DNA of 64,000 bases, from the NCBI RefSeq assembly GCF_006345805.1, contig NC_043008.1:1178001-1242000 (forward strand), given 5' to 3'. A model generated the notes under the pieces. It was not told the origin of the DNA. It did not search any database and saw only the letters and a list, made by a program, of their open reading frames with translations. This document shows positions 27,979 through 40,122 of the stretch, one piece after another. Source of the DNA: Octopus sinensis. Its lineage: Eukaryota. Position 1 is the stretch's first letter; the number at the start of each line of letters is the position of its first letter. Both the position numbers and the translations under genes were made by a program.

Positions 27979-28205
27979 TAAAATTCTAACTGGGCCCCAC
28001 CTGCAAGGTCACGTGCTGTTTATCTTGATATGAGATCACCATGTCGCGCACATATGGTTGTGATGCATGTGCCTGGTGTACCCTTATCAGACGGGTAGTC
28101 ATGATGGGTATATTGGGCTTCGTATATTTTACCCCAGTGTCACTTTGATGGCATGAACTGCTCTCTCACTCAATGATAATAATAATAGTAATAATAATAA
28201 TAACA
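27836..28205. repeat. (AAT)n array split by a 190-bp complex insert (27981-28172)
   Basis: (AAT/GAT)n at 27836-27980 and (AAT)n at 28173-28205 flank higher-GC, non-repetitive-looking sequence. Confidence 0.85.
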
Positions 28206-28889
28206 ATAAATACTTATCCATGCATACTGCAAATCATGTATATACATACACACACACATGCACACAAACACATATGCGCACGCGCGTATACCACTAAACC
28301 TACCAGAAATATTCAACAATGTTTAAGCATTAGCCAAGCTTAATTTCGGTAACCTAGGAAAAAATACAGAAAAATAATAAAGTAAGCGAACTCCACAGAC
28401 TCACAATCCACAAACCCTTTCCACCTTACAAGAATGAAGAACAGCCGAGATTAAGGAGACTAAGATATAAGAAATGGACAATCGAGCATAGCATGTGCAT
28501 TCCCGTTATCAGCTACCCAAACGGATGTCTTTGTGGTTTCAACACCCGGGCGGTGCCACTCGATCCGGTTGTGTCCAGAGTGTTAAAAATATAAATGGTC
28601 CCTGGCCATCATCTAGTTTAATACCACAAGCGACAATTTAAGAATAAAACAACAGTGAAAACTTATAGCTACAAATAAATATTTATAACAGGAAACTAAT
28701 TCGAAAAGGGACGTATAGACGTCCCTTAACCAGCAGGACACAAACTATTATCAGGCTGCAAGCAAATAATTTTTTAAGATTTTAAACAATTAATTTTATT
28801 GACTATCGCTGCCTGCAGGGTTGTTTATTTTCTTCTTTTTTTGCAATGTATGTGTATTATAGATTTAATATGTATATTCTATACGTATT

Positions 28890-29099
28890 AATAATTTTTC
28901 AACCATAGGCACAAAGCCTGGAAATTTAGGGAAGGGGGATAGTCGATTACATCGACACTACGACTTGACTGGTACTTATTTTATCAAATCCGAAAGGATG
29001 AAAAGCAACGTCAACCTTTGAACTCAGAAGGTAAAGACGGACGAAATGCTGCTAAGTATTTAGTCCGACATGTTAGCGATTCTGTCAAATCACCGCCTT
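28890..29099 (-). mobile_element. Full-length SINE family A
   Basis: Minus strand aaggcggtgatttgacagaatcgctaacatgtcggac...ttctgagttcaaaggttgac...gtaccagtc...gtcgatgtaatcgact...ggctttgtgcctatggttg. Confidence 0.85.
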
Positions 29100-29274
29100 A
29101 ATATGTATTAATAATCCTTTCTACTATTTCAGGGACAATGCCTGGAATCATACACGTGTTATCTTACGAAACCGATTCGTAGAGCAAATAAATGTTGCGG
29201 AGCACTCGCAATCGAAATTTTTAAATGACAGAAGAAAACCTACTTGAAGATATACTCTTTCCTTCTTGTTTTTT

Positions 29275-29645
29275 TGAGGTTGCCAAGAAGGTTCTTGCGG
29301 TTTTTAACCTTTAAATTCAGATATTCATATCTCGGCTCCAACAAAACTTTATTAATCGAAACAAACACCATCAGAATCAACACTTTTGCCAACGCGAAAC
29401 ACGTTTATTTATGCCAGTAGCGTAAAAATCCTGCGTTCTGGTGGCGATGAAGTCAGTGAAGGTGTGTTTGGCATCGTCTTGGTTTTTGAAGTAATGGCTT
29501 CAAAAAGAGTAACGCGTTTAGATAGAGCGGAAAACGGGCGTTAAAATAATATATAAAGTCAAAGTAATTTATCGAAAATTAATTCGAAAATACATCATTT
29601 AAAGCCAAAATTAAAAATTCCGCAAGAACTTTCTTGACAACCTAA
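29275..29645. mobile_element. 371-bp MITE: internal-deletion derivative of the mariner family at 47013-48275
   Basis: TIRs tgaggttgccaagaaggttcttgcgg ... ccgcaagaactttcttgacaacctaa + TA. The interior aligns to 47013-47230 joined to about 48110-48275. Confidence 0.92.
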
Positions 29646-30042
29646 TACCAAATACAACGCAAAATGAAATATGCAAAGCACTTGCAATATTTTTTTAGAA
29701 ACTTGTTGAACTTTAACAACGTTTTGGTAGTGTGAACAACTTTGTTATATCTTAACCGAATACAAGTGATAGTTTTCCTGTTCAGTTGTAATTTGTTTAT
29801 TTTCACGGGTAATTATTTTTAATATAGATAATACGGCAGCAAATTCGAGAAAAGGACGTTAGTCGAAAACAACGGGATCAATGTTTGAATGGTACTTTAT
29901 TTGATGAACTCTGAAATAATGAACCTCCGATTTAATCCGATTTAATTTAGCCTACATCTTCTGCTACATTTGTAGGTGTAAAATATTCCATTTCATTTAA
30001 CCAGTTGAAACCTTTCGTTAAAAAGAAATAAATTGTAACCAC

Positions 30043-30083
<41 letters not shown>

Positions 30084-30604
30084 GTATGTGTATGTGTGTG
30101 TGTTGTGTGTGTGTGTGTGTGTGTTTATGTGTGTGTGTTTGTGTGTGTTTATGTACGTACGTGCGCATGTGTGTGCTCTTGTGTGTGTTTGCATGTCTAG
30201 ATAAGTAGAAACTCACACATACGCATACATATATATTTATGTACATCTATAACGATACATAAATCCATAGAGATGCAGGACTACATATATATATATAAGG
30301 CTGTGTATGTATGTACGTGTGTGTGTATGTATGTATGTATGTATACATGTGTATGTGTGCGTGTATCTTTAATATGCGAGAAATTGCAATGTCTATACTG
30401 ACGGGTTCTCTATGTGCTCATCTGTATTTCAATGCTGCTTGTATAGGCGTATTTAAAATTGAAATGGATTTGATGTTTTGTGGTGTGCATCAGCAATCTA
30501 TCATATATTTCAAAATGGTAACAGTCATTATTTTTCAGTTGTCGCTTACAAACTCAATCACGCGCAGGAACACGTGAAGGTGTGTTTGGAAAAATAACGG
30601 AAGA

Positions 30605-30691
<87 letters not shown>

Positions 30692-32834
30692 TATATATAT
30701 GTATATATATGCATATATATATATACATATTATTTTGATCTTGGCCATTATTCGTTTCCAAAATATGGTATTGTGTGTTATTAAAGAAATATCACAGTAC
30801 TTCTAAAATTAAAGCACTTTCTGTTTGAGGTGTTCGGCTTAAAATAATATTCAGACACGTTTGATTGTTAAGGAAAAGAACAAGGATATAGCTACTTGTA
30901 CCCAGTGAACTTGTCAATAAAACAGATGAAAAATAAGCGGAATAAATTGAATCAGGTTTCGAAGAATAAGTTGCGTAACTTCCTATGTTTTCTGTATTTC
31001 TAGATAGAATGAATGAGTGAAGAAATTACCATATAGCCTGCTATTATCTTTACGTAGATAAATTTGAAATATACTTCTGCTACTAATACCATGCCACAAT
31101 TGGTGGAATCATGTCGATATTATAACAGCAAACACTGGTATTAGTTTGATGTTTTCGATTGAAATGTATGACAGCTACTGTATTTTGTTGTGTTGTAAAC
31201 TATGCACTCATTGCTTTTGATCAATTAATCAATTACATAAATATTAAAAAGAAAATAAAAATATGCAAGAGAAATTCTGCTGTCACCTACTCGTCAGGCT
31301 AAGGATATAAACTGAACGTTATCAAAGCTTGTCTCGTTATCGATTGCTCAAATTTAAGATATCAATATTTTGCTATCATTTAGTTATATGCACTGAAGTT
31401 ACCTCACTTCATAAATATTAGAAATGAAGAAGAAATATGAATGGCAGACAGACAGTGTGCTCTTTAATAACAAACAGTTTACTTTCGAAACAGAGTGAGT
31501 CGTTGATATTACGAAATAGTTTATGAAAGATTACCAACTAAACCATGAAAAATTCTTTGTTCATTTATGGTCAATCTGCCAATCAGCGGTTGCTTCATAG
31601 AAGATATTGATCAATTTATTTACCGTGAAGAGGAAAGAATCCGTCGTTTCTGGACATTTCTCTTCGATTAAGATCGATAAAGACAATGGGAGAAAACGAA
31701 GGTAGAAAGCGTGAGCAGAATTGTGTGAAAGTCTGCGAATATTTAACTTTGATGTGTATTCATTCGTTTAGTATAGCAAATTCTGAGAGAGACAGAGAAA
31801 GTGAGAAAGAAAGAGAGAGAGAGAGGCAAAGAGAGAGTGAGGCAGGGCGAGAGAGAGAGAGAGAGAGAGAGAAGAATCAACGCCAATACTGATAGTTTAT
31901 CGTTCTCGAACTGATGAATGTCAAAGCGGATATTTGCTGAATTTGTGCTCAATACAAAGAAAACCGAATTAAACACTGAAAGACAGTCATTAGAACTTTT
32001 CAAGACTACCAAATTGGTCGCCTGTCATTTAGTTTCACTCATTTTTAAGGAAATTCCACGTGTGTGTTACATGTCAGTAATGTTGTCTTTTCGATTGTCT
32101 GTCGATACTCTCTGCATACGAGGCATAACGCGCTGCTTCCTTCTCGAGAAGGTGACGCCGGTTCATGTGACCACTCGACAAACAGACGAAGCAAGATGAC
32201 CATCCCAGTCACAAATAACAACACCAACAGCAGCAGCCCCGACACCTCAACCACCATCGCCTCTGACACTACCTCTATGAACAACAACAGCAAAAACAAT
32301 TGTAGCAGCAACAACAGCAACATCAGCAAGAACAACAACAACAACAACAACAGCTACAACAATAAAGCTTTGATGGAAGATACAAACAAGCAGTGCAGCT
32401 ACGATAAAATAATTTCCTGTTGTTAGCAAGTAGCTTGGCTACTTCGGCCATCGATATGAACATCACCGGCTCCGACTAACACCAACAACAACAACAGAAA
32501 CAACAGCAGCAGTAAAAACGATATAATCAACAACAATAATAACAGTAACGATAAAAACAACTCCTTTTCTGGAGTAATTAAGTTGCAGGAGCAAATCTCC
32601 CTGGAAAGAAAACATAGAGGGAATGGGAAAAACCAAGCTTGCTATCCGTTCAGATTTGATGGAGAAGACGGTCAGAAGAACCATCGTATACAGATGTGTG
32701 TCACTAAAGACGAGGAAAATCTTTAATGTGCCACACCTCCAAGTAAAAAATGTTTGAAGGGTATTTGGACTGATATTGTTTTCCTCAAACGAGGGAGACA
32801 ATATGGTTCAGTGGAAGTGTGGTTCCTTACAGAG

Positions 32835-33420
32835 GCACTGTATACAGGTGGGGCAATTACTGGACAACCAGAGATAATGTGGTCAACTGTCTCATTCTCC
32901 TGGTTGTGCATTCTGCATTTGATATTTGGTCTGTGGTTTTCATTATTTCGGTATTACAGTCCTTGTGGTCAAGCAGTGCTCTTGTGCAGCGAGAATCAGT
33001 CCTTCCATTTCTGCTTTTAGTCTAGACCTTTTCAGCTATTGGGGACTTTCGATTTCGCTCACTTCTTCTCTATCAAACCTCGCCGGAAGGACAGATTTTT
33101 CTTTCAATGTCTTCTTTAGTTTCCTATGTAGTTCTTTTTTATGGTGTTATTTTTTTTTTGTTTCTTTGACAATTTATTTTGTGTTGTCTTATGACTTCAG
33201 AATACCAGCGTCGTTCGATTCTTTTCTGCATTTTGTCGACAACTTGTGTATAGAGAAATGCATTTTCTTTTTTTCCCATTGCTTTATGACATGTAGTAGC
33301 CATCGCCATTTTGTTACTAAACATGTTTCTAGTCCAACTGTTGCTATTGTATGGTAATTATATATTTGTGTCAGGCCGCAATGCCCTTCTATTAATGTCT
33401 TAAGATATTTTAAACTTGTA
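32835..33420 (-). mobile_element. R4/Dong-type LINE fragment (post-RT region to CCHC knuckle)
   Basis: GHCGLTQ...TIATVGLETCL; LKRSRLKAEMEGLILAAQEHCLTTR; KCRMHNQENETVDHIISGCPVIA. Confidence 0.8.
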
Positions 33421-33539
33421 ATTGGGAAACCTATGTATTTTATTTCGTACTTATATGCATATTTTATTCTGACCAGTTCCACTCCAGGGCACAGCAACAA
33501 AGTATACCCGCCAAAGATCAGTCCATCATCACTGCCCCG

Positions 33540-34185
33540 AAGTCCGGGATACACTCTATGACAACGTCTGCAATCAAGTTGTCAATGTAAGTGTGAAGAA
33601 GTTTCCATCTTCTTAAATGTCCATGAAGTTGGTTCCACAAGATTAGTTTGGATTCTTTCAAATCAAGGTGGCGCGCGTAGTGACTAGATAATCTTTGCTT
33701 AATCTCGCAAACATTTGGCAGGTCTTCATAAAGGCATTATTTTGCTATATGCTGCTGCCATTTCACATTAAGGGCCATTAGTATCATCACTGTGTAGCAT
33801 TCATTTAGCCCGAATAATAATTTCTTTGTCAGTGCCCATGTTTCAATGCTATGTAATGGAACTGACTTGACAGCCACAAGGAACAGCTTGATTTGGATTT
33901 GGCTGGGCAGTTTGAAGTACAAGGCCTTCCTCGGTTTCTGACAGACTGTCCGTGCTTGTGCCTTCCTGATCTTGATGTCTGCTTCCGAACTGATCACCCA
34001 GTCACTTAAGTACTTGAAATATCCAACAACTTTTCGTTTAGAACCGCTCAAGAGAGACAGTTCAGCATCACTTGATTGGTTGAAAGACATGTATTCCGTT
34101 CTCTTAACATTTGGGTGCAATCCTAGTTTAGCAGCTGATATTTCTATACGGCTGAAACATCAGCTGCTGAAATAAAACTGCTCAC
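33540..34185 (-). mobile_element. RTE/RTEX-type LINE, 3' part of RT
   Basis: NVKRTEYMSFNQ...YFKYLSDWVISSEADIKIRKAQA...VKSVPLHSIETWALTKKL...CYTVMILMALNVKWQQHI; ESKLILWNQLHG...TYIDNLIAD. Confidence 0.85.
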
Positions 34186-34197
34186 AAATGTCAAGAA

Positions 34198-34231
<34 letters not shown>

Positions 34232-34232
34232 T

Positions 34233-34274
<42 letters not shown>

Positions 34275-35123
34275 GCACACAATCACACACACAAACACTA
34301 CACACATGCACACAAGCACATACACACACACACACATACACGCACACACAACAACAGTTCAGAGTTCAGAAAAGCATCATCGGAAGCCTGTATAACTGTC
34401 AAATATATTTCGAACTATCTGAAGGATTGCACGTGTGGGAAGAGCTTTGTGAATCTTTTTTAAATACAATCGGTAACTGTTGATCAAGGATGGTCGGTTG
34501 TAATATTTGGGGGAACAGCTAGAAAGATTCATTGTGTTAAACACCGCTTTTTCCAGCTCTTGCGAAACTACATCATATTTGAAAGTTGAAACTTGTAGGT
34601 GAAATAATCATTAACCTATAATTTTGACTAAGCAATAAATAAAGTTTTAGATTTCACTGGTCAGCAGCCACAGCATCAAGAATTAATCCAAAAATGTCAA
34701 TCAACAACTCTGATGATTAAAAAAGTTTCATTTTGTTGACCAGTGTTATTATAAGCACGAATTATACTTGAATGAAGAAGCGATAAAATACTAATTATGG
34801 ATAATGAATGCCATGCAAAGTAGAAGATGCAACTGATTAATTATAGCAATCTAGATCTAATTGGTTGGAGGTGGATGACAAAAAAAAATTGCAAGTCTAT
34901 CGTAGTCGTGGAGGGCTGTGGGCAAAAGCATTCCAGCCGTACAACGTTTATGTTCATCTAGGTCTCCAAAATTAAATGTATTGCAGAGTTTAGAGGTCGA
35001 TCGATGGTGATTTGAAGGCTATTTATCTGCTGATTGTAGCATATCAAGTTACGTATATATGCTTCTCCATTCATATGAAGCAACCTTCTTTGCATATGCC
35101 TGGGGCTAGAGAAGAGGAGAGGT

Positions 35124-35512
35124 CGGCACAGGCATGGCTGTGCGGTAAGAAACTTGCTGCACAACCACATGGTACCGGGTTCGGTCCCACTGCGTGGCAC
35201 CTTCGGCAAGTGTTATTTACTATAGCCTCGGGATGACCAAAGCCTGCTGAGTGGAAATGGTGGATGGAAAGTAGAAGAAGACTGTTTTGTGTGTGTATGT
35301 GTGTGTGTCTGTGTGTGCGTGTGAGCGCACGCTTGTCACCATCGATTGACAACCGATGTTGTTGTGTTTGCATCCCCGAAACTTAGCGGTTTGGCAAAAG
35401 AGACAGATGCAATAAGAACTAGGCTTACAAAGAATAGATCCTGGGGTAGAATTCTTCAATTAAAAGCGGTGCGCCAGTATGGCTGCAGTCAAATGACTGA
35501 AACGAGTGAAAG
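35124..35512 (+). mobile_element. Full-length tRNA-derived SINE family B (CORE-like body, internal (TG)n)
   Basis: Head ggcacaggcatggctgtgcggtaag...ccgggttcggtcccactgcgtggcaccttcggcaagtg; internal (TG)n; tail ggcggtgcgccagtatggctgcagtcaaatgactgaaac. Confidence 0.85.
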
Positions 35513-35686
35513 AAAAGCAAAAAACAAAAATAATAGTAGAGAAGCGAATGTTTTAAAAGATATAGCACGATATACATACGTGGGTCCCAACATCTCTCTC
35601 TTTCTCTGTCTCTTTATCTCTCTCTCTATGTCTATATGTAATGTGCGTGTGAGTGCATGTGAGTACGTGTATATATATATATACAC

Positions 35687-35724
<38 letters not shown>

Positions 35725-35735
35725 TATATATATAC

Positions 35736-35779
<44 letters not shown>

Positions 35780-35876
35780 ACATACAAATATATATATATA
35801 TATAATATATATATATATACACATATACATATATATAAATATATAGGTATGTATATATATATATACATGTATACAT

Positions 35877-35917
<41 letters not shown>

Positions 35918-37429
35918 CATACATACATATATATATATGTATATATCACTATAAGAACTTATGCATGTATATATGTATGTAGCTATATATGTGTGCATAG
36001 ACACACACATATTGATGTAGATATTGATATATAACATGAGAACTCACAATGGCACAATTACCACTTACCCTTGCCGACGTCTCGGTCACCTTTCGGCCCC
36101 CTTAGGGAATGTCTCATCTTAAATGTTTGCTCTAACATTGATTAGTAATTGAATCCGTTACTTAAAATAAACTACTGAAAGTTTTATCTTGTTCAATTAT
36201 GTTCAGATTCAATTTCAGATATTAATTTCCGAGGAAATGGGAGAAGAATGTTTGGAATGTACTAGAAACGTAGGTGGGCGGGTCACTGAGTTATTGCTTT
36301 CTTATTAAAGTCAATTTCTATAATTTCAGCAAATTAAAATTTTGTCACGTGAACTCAGCGTGCAGTAGTCGACTTCTTAAGCACATACACCAAATGCTTC
36401 ACAGCATTTAGACATAAATATCTATCATTTATGATTTTCAGATCGATCGTTAATTCTTGTGCAGTGAATGAAAATCAAAAGATCTCCAGCGATCATTTCA
36501 ATGTGGGCGGTATTCTACATGCCATTCAGATTGTTACGTTGTAATTGTAGGTTCAATTTAAAAGAAAATAAGCATTTTATCTGGGTATTAGAATAATGCA
36601 AAGATGATTTTAAAATGTTAAGTGACTCTGATCATATTTTAGAATCTCTTCTTTTGAATTTACCATATAATTTAATAATGATATCTTCGAATACGATACT
36701 GAGTGGTGAGCCATGAAATTGGCGGAGACATGCCTGAACGAAATAAAATATATGGAACTTATACCTGGTTAAACGCATAACTGCTTCCCTTTTTTTTTTC
36801 GCTATTATATCTTCACATATTTAAATTTTGACGCCAAATATTTCGATTATTCCTGTTTGCATTAAAATCATTAGTTCATAGATGTATTACTAACATTATT
36901 TTAGACGTGATTTGAGTCTCAGTGGGGCCAAGATTTTTTGCTGCTTCGTGCAGAAATCTAGGCGAGCGGGGTCACAATTACCACTATGATAACGAAGACG
37001 AAGCGGCAAGTAATAAAAATTGATCATAATGGTACAAAATCACGTTCACAGTAACATGAAATACCCACCACCAAAAAACAAGCAGATTCAGGGATGACAG
37101 CGGGTTTTCCGAGATAGAGATGGACACAAAAGACACTACCAGCATATCCAAAAACAAAAGGAACCTCGATCTCAGATACAAATCTTAAGGGACCCACCTC
37201 CGAAAAGTAAAACTATGATTAAATAATAATACAGCAATAACTTATCGTTGGACACAACAAGTATTATGGACTAATCTTTTGAGAATATGGTATTTCATGA
37301 CAATCGCAGATGAAACCATTCGAAACTTTGTGAATATGGAATTCTCTATCGTCGCTAAAGGTGAGGTTAAGAGCGTGACCATTGTTTTAAGTAAATACTG
37401 CTTCAGAAACATATTCTATACAATGGTTA

Positions 37430-37810
37430 GTTATGAGTTCAAATACAACCGAAGTCGACTTTGCCTTTCAACCTTTCGGGGTCAATAAATTAAATACCAG
37501 TTGCGTACTGGGGTTGATCTAATCGACTGGCACCCTCCTCAAACATTTCGGGCCTTGTGTCTAGAGTAGAAAAAATACATATACGATGCACATAAGGCAG
37601 CGAAGTGGTAGGATAGCTAGCACGCTGGGGGGAATGCTTACACACATTTCGTCCATCTTCATGTTCTGAGTTCAAATTCCGCCAATGTTGACCTTGATTT
37701 TTATTATTTTGCGGTCAATAATATAAATACGTCTTTCGTATGAGGCTCAATGCAATCGATGTAACCCCTCACGCGAAATTTCCGGCCATGTGCCAAATTT
37801 TGAAATCAAT
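37430..37810 (+). mobile_element. Two tandem SINE family A copies (37430-37577, 37594-37810)
   Basis: gagttcaaatacaaccgaagtcgactttgcctttcaacctttcggggtcaataaatt...; aaggcagcgaagtggtagg...gttctgagttcaaattccgcc. Confidence 0.8.
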
Positions 37811-38085
37811 ATATAACATACAGTTATATTAAAAATATTTAGAGTGTACCGTATATCATTACGCATGCGTTTCTCGAAGCCCTTAATAAACATGTATTAT
37901 CTTAAATAAGGCCACAGATACTAAAATCCTGGATGATATTTAACAACAAAAACTAAATTTATTGTACGAAACCGAAGACGAAGGTCTCAACGGGAGTTGA
38001 TGTAACGATGTTTTAAACCAAAAACCTTTAAAGACAGAATTCATCAATATAACTTCCATTTAGTATTATTAATATTCACATGCTG

Positions 38086-38295
38086 GAAGGGGACGAGCTG
38101 CAGAATTGTTTGCAGCAAAAATGAATAAGAGCATGTAACCCAACTTCACGTTCTCTGTTCAAATTCCCCCGAGGTCGACTTTGCTTTCATCATTACGGTG
38201 TTGACAAATTAAATATCAGTCAAGAACTGGGATCAATGTAATCGGCTTAGCCCCTCCCACGAAATTGCTGGCCTCGAGTCAAAATTTTATATCAA
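38086..38295 (+). mobile_element. SINE family A copy
   Basis: aaggggacgagctgcagaattg...gttcaaattcccccgaggtcgactttgctttcatc...gcccctcccacgaaattgctggcc. Confidence 0.75.
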
Positions 38296-38418
38296 TAATT
38301 ACACGTTTTTAATTCTTTTCACAAGAAGAGAGGAAAAAGTACTTCAAAGATAAAGTTTAACAACAAAATCACCATGAATTAGTTAACAACGCACAAAGTC
38401 CGTGTGTTAAAGTTTATT

Positions 38419-38607
38419 CTATTGTGTCTGGGGAGAGTCATTCTTTTTTAGTGCCTTATAATTTAACACACTCAACGGTGAACTAGTGGAAAGATTGCAT
38501 GTCGCAACGAAAATTTTGGAAAACTAAATAAAAGAGTGAAAATTTTACTGATGAGTGCGTTAAATTACAATTCAATAAAAGAGAATGATTCTCCCCAGAC
38601 ACAATAG
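38419..38607. mobile_element. Foldback MITE with about 60-bp terminal inverted repeats
   Basis: Left arm ctattgtgtctggggagagtcattcttttttagtgccttataatttaacacactca versus reverse complement of right arm ctattgtgtctggggagaatcattctcttttattgaattgtaatttaacgcactca; first 18 nt identical, about 85% overall. Confidence 0.85.
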
Positions 38608-38640
38608 TCCCCTCTCACTCTCTCTCTCTCTCTCTCTCTC

Positions 38641-38740
<100 letters not shown>

Positions 38741-38788
38741 GTGTATATATATATATATCTATATATATATATATAATATATATATATA

Positions 38789-38872
<84 letters not shown>

Positions 38873-39165
38873 CCATATATGGGTACAGGACGTCACAAAC
38901 AGTAAACAACATGAAATACTAAAATAAATGTGTGCAATACGCAAACAACGAGAGACACAAATGGAAAACAGGACAAGTAACATAAAGAAGACGCTCCACC
39001 AGTTGTCGGCTGTCTATCTACTCCTCATTTCGAGCATTGGACTATAATATGAGTCTTCGAAGATGGTGCTTCCTTAAGTACCAAAATAATATTTGGTATT
39101 AATGGAAGGTCAAAGTCGGGACCAAAAACAGGACAGTGGAGACATACGAGGAAACCGAAAGAAAA

Positions 39166-39219
<54 letters not shown>

Positions 39220-39224
39220 ATATT

Positions 39225-39454
39225 TAAATTATTTACATTATTTACAATTGATGGATATTTGTCCTCATCAGCTGTTTAGGGAAAATTTCGAAGCGGGGTT
39301 CTCATTCCTAAGGTAGTTTTGATGTTGTTGTTGTTGTAATTATTATTATTATTACTATTGTTATTATTATTATTCAGGTCACTGCCTGGAATCGAACTCG
39401 GAATCTAGGGGTTAGTAGCCCGCGCTCTTAACCACTACGCCATATGTCCGTGGG
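39225..39454 (-). mobile_element. tRNA-headed SINE: tRNA-Ser-like head, (AAT/AAC)n linker, PLE-type tail with partial hammerhead core
   Basis: A-box TGGCGTAGTGG (39442-39432), loop CT-ACT-AA, B-box GAGTTCGATTCC (39399-39388). Tail has CTGATGA (39271-39265) followed by 42 nt that match 61773-61732 at 39/42 positions. Confidence 0.75.
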
Positions 39455-39469
39455 AATATGATAATAATA

Positions 39470-39519
<50 letters not shown>

Positions 39520-39982
39520 GCAATAGATACTATATAAGTATTAAACACAGCAGTAAAGAAGAGATTCCAGTATTTACTCCAATCTAACACAATATTTTGC
39601 TACAGTAAAATAATCCAACTAATTCACTGGTCGAGAAGCTGTTGTTTATCGTGCTTTCTTAAATAACTGCGTATTTACAAGGTCTTTAGCGATAGTTTGG
39701 TCGATGTAAACATTAATTAGGCGTATACAGTGCAGACGTGAATAAATATCCGTTCTGGATAAATAAGCGTATAGTTTAACTAAACTGCTTCTTTTAACAG
39801 CCGTGTTAAAATTGTTTATTTAAGTTAGTCATGGACAATATTTTAGATATTTATCTACGAAATTGCTCTTTCTCCATTTATGCATGCACACATTCATAAA
39901 CAAAATATATATGTAATTCGCATATCGATATCTGTCTATTGATCTCTGTATCTATACCCCTCTCTCTGTGTATAAATATATA

Positions 39983-40044
<62 letters not shown>

Positions 40045-40091
40045 GTATATGTATATATATATATATATATGTTTGTATCTATCTATCTATC

Positions 40092-40122
<31 letters not shown>

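Noticed and set aside
32540-32830. Protein-like plus-strand frames
   Set aside because: Cannot assign family or frame; likely a repeat remnant.
39375-39454. Functional tRNA-Ser(ACT) gene
   Set aside because: No proper acceptor stem, weak anticodon stem, no long variable arm, and an anticodon not normally used in eukaryotes; better explained as a SINE head.
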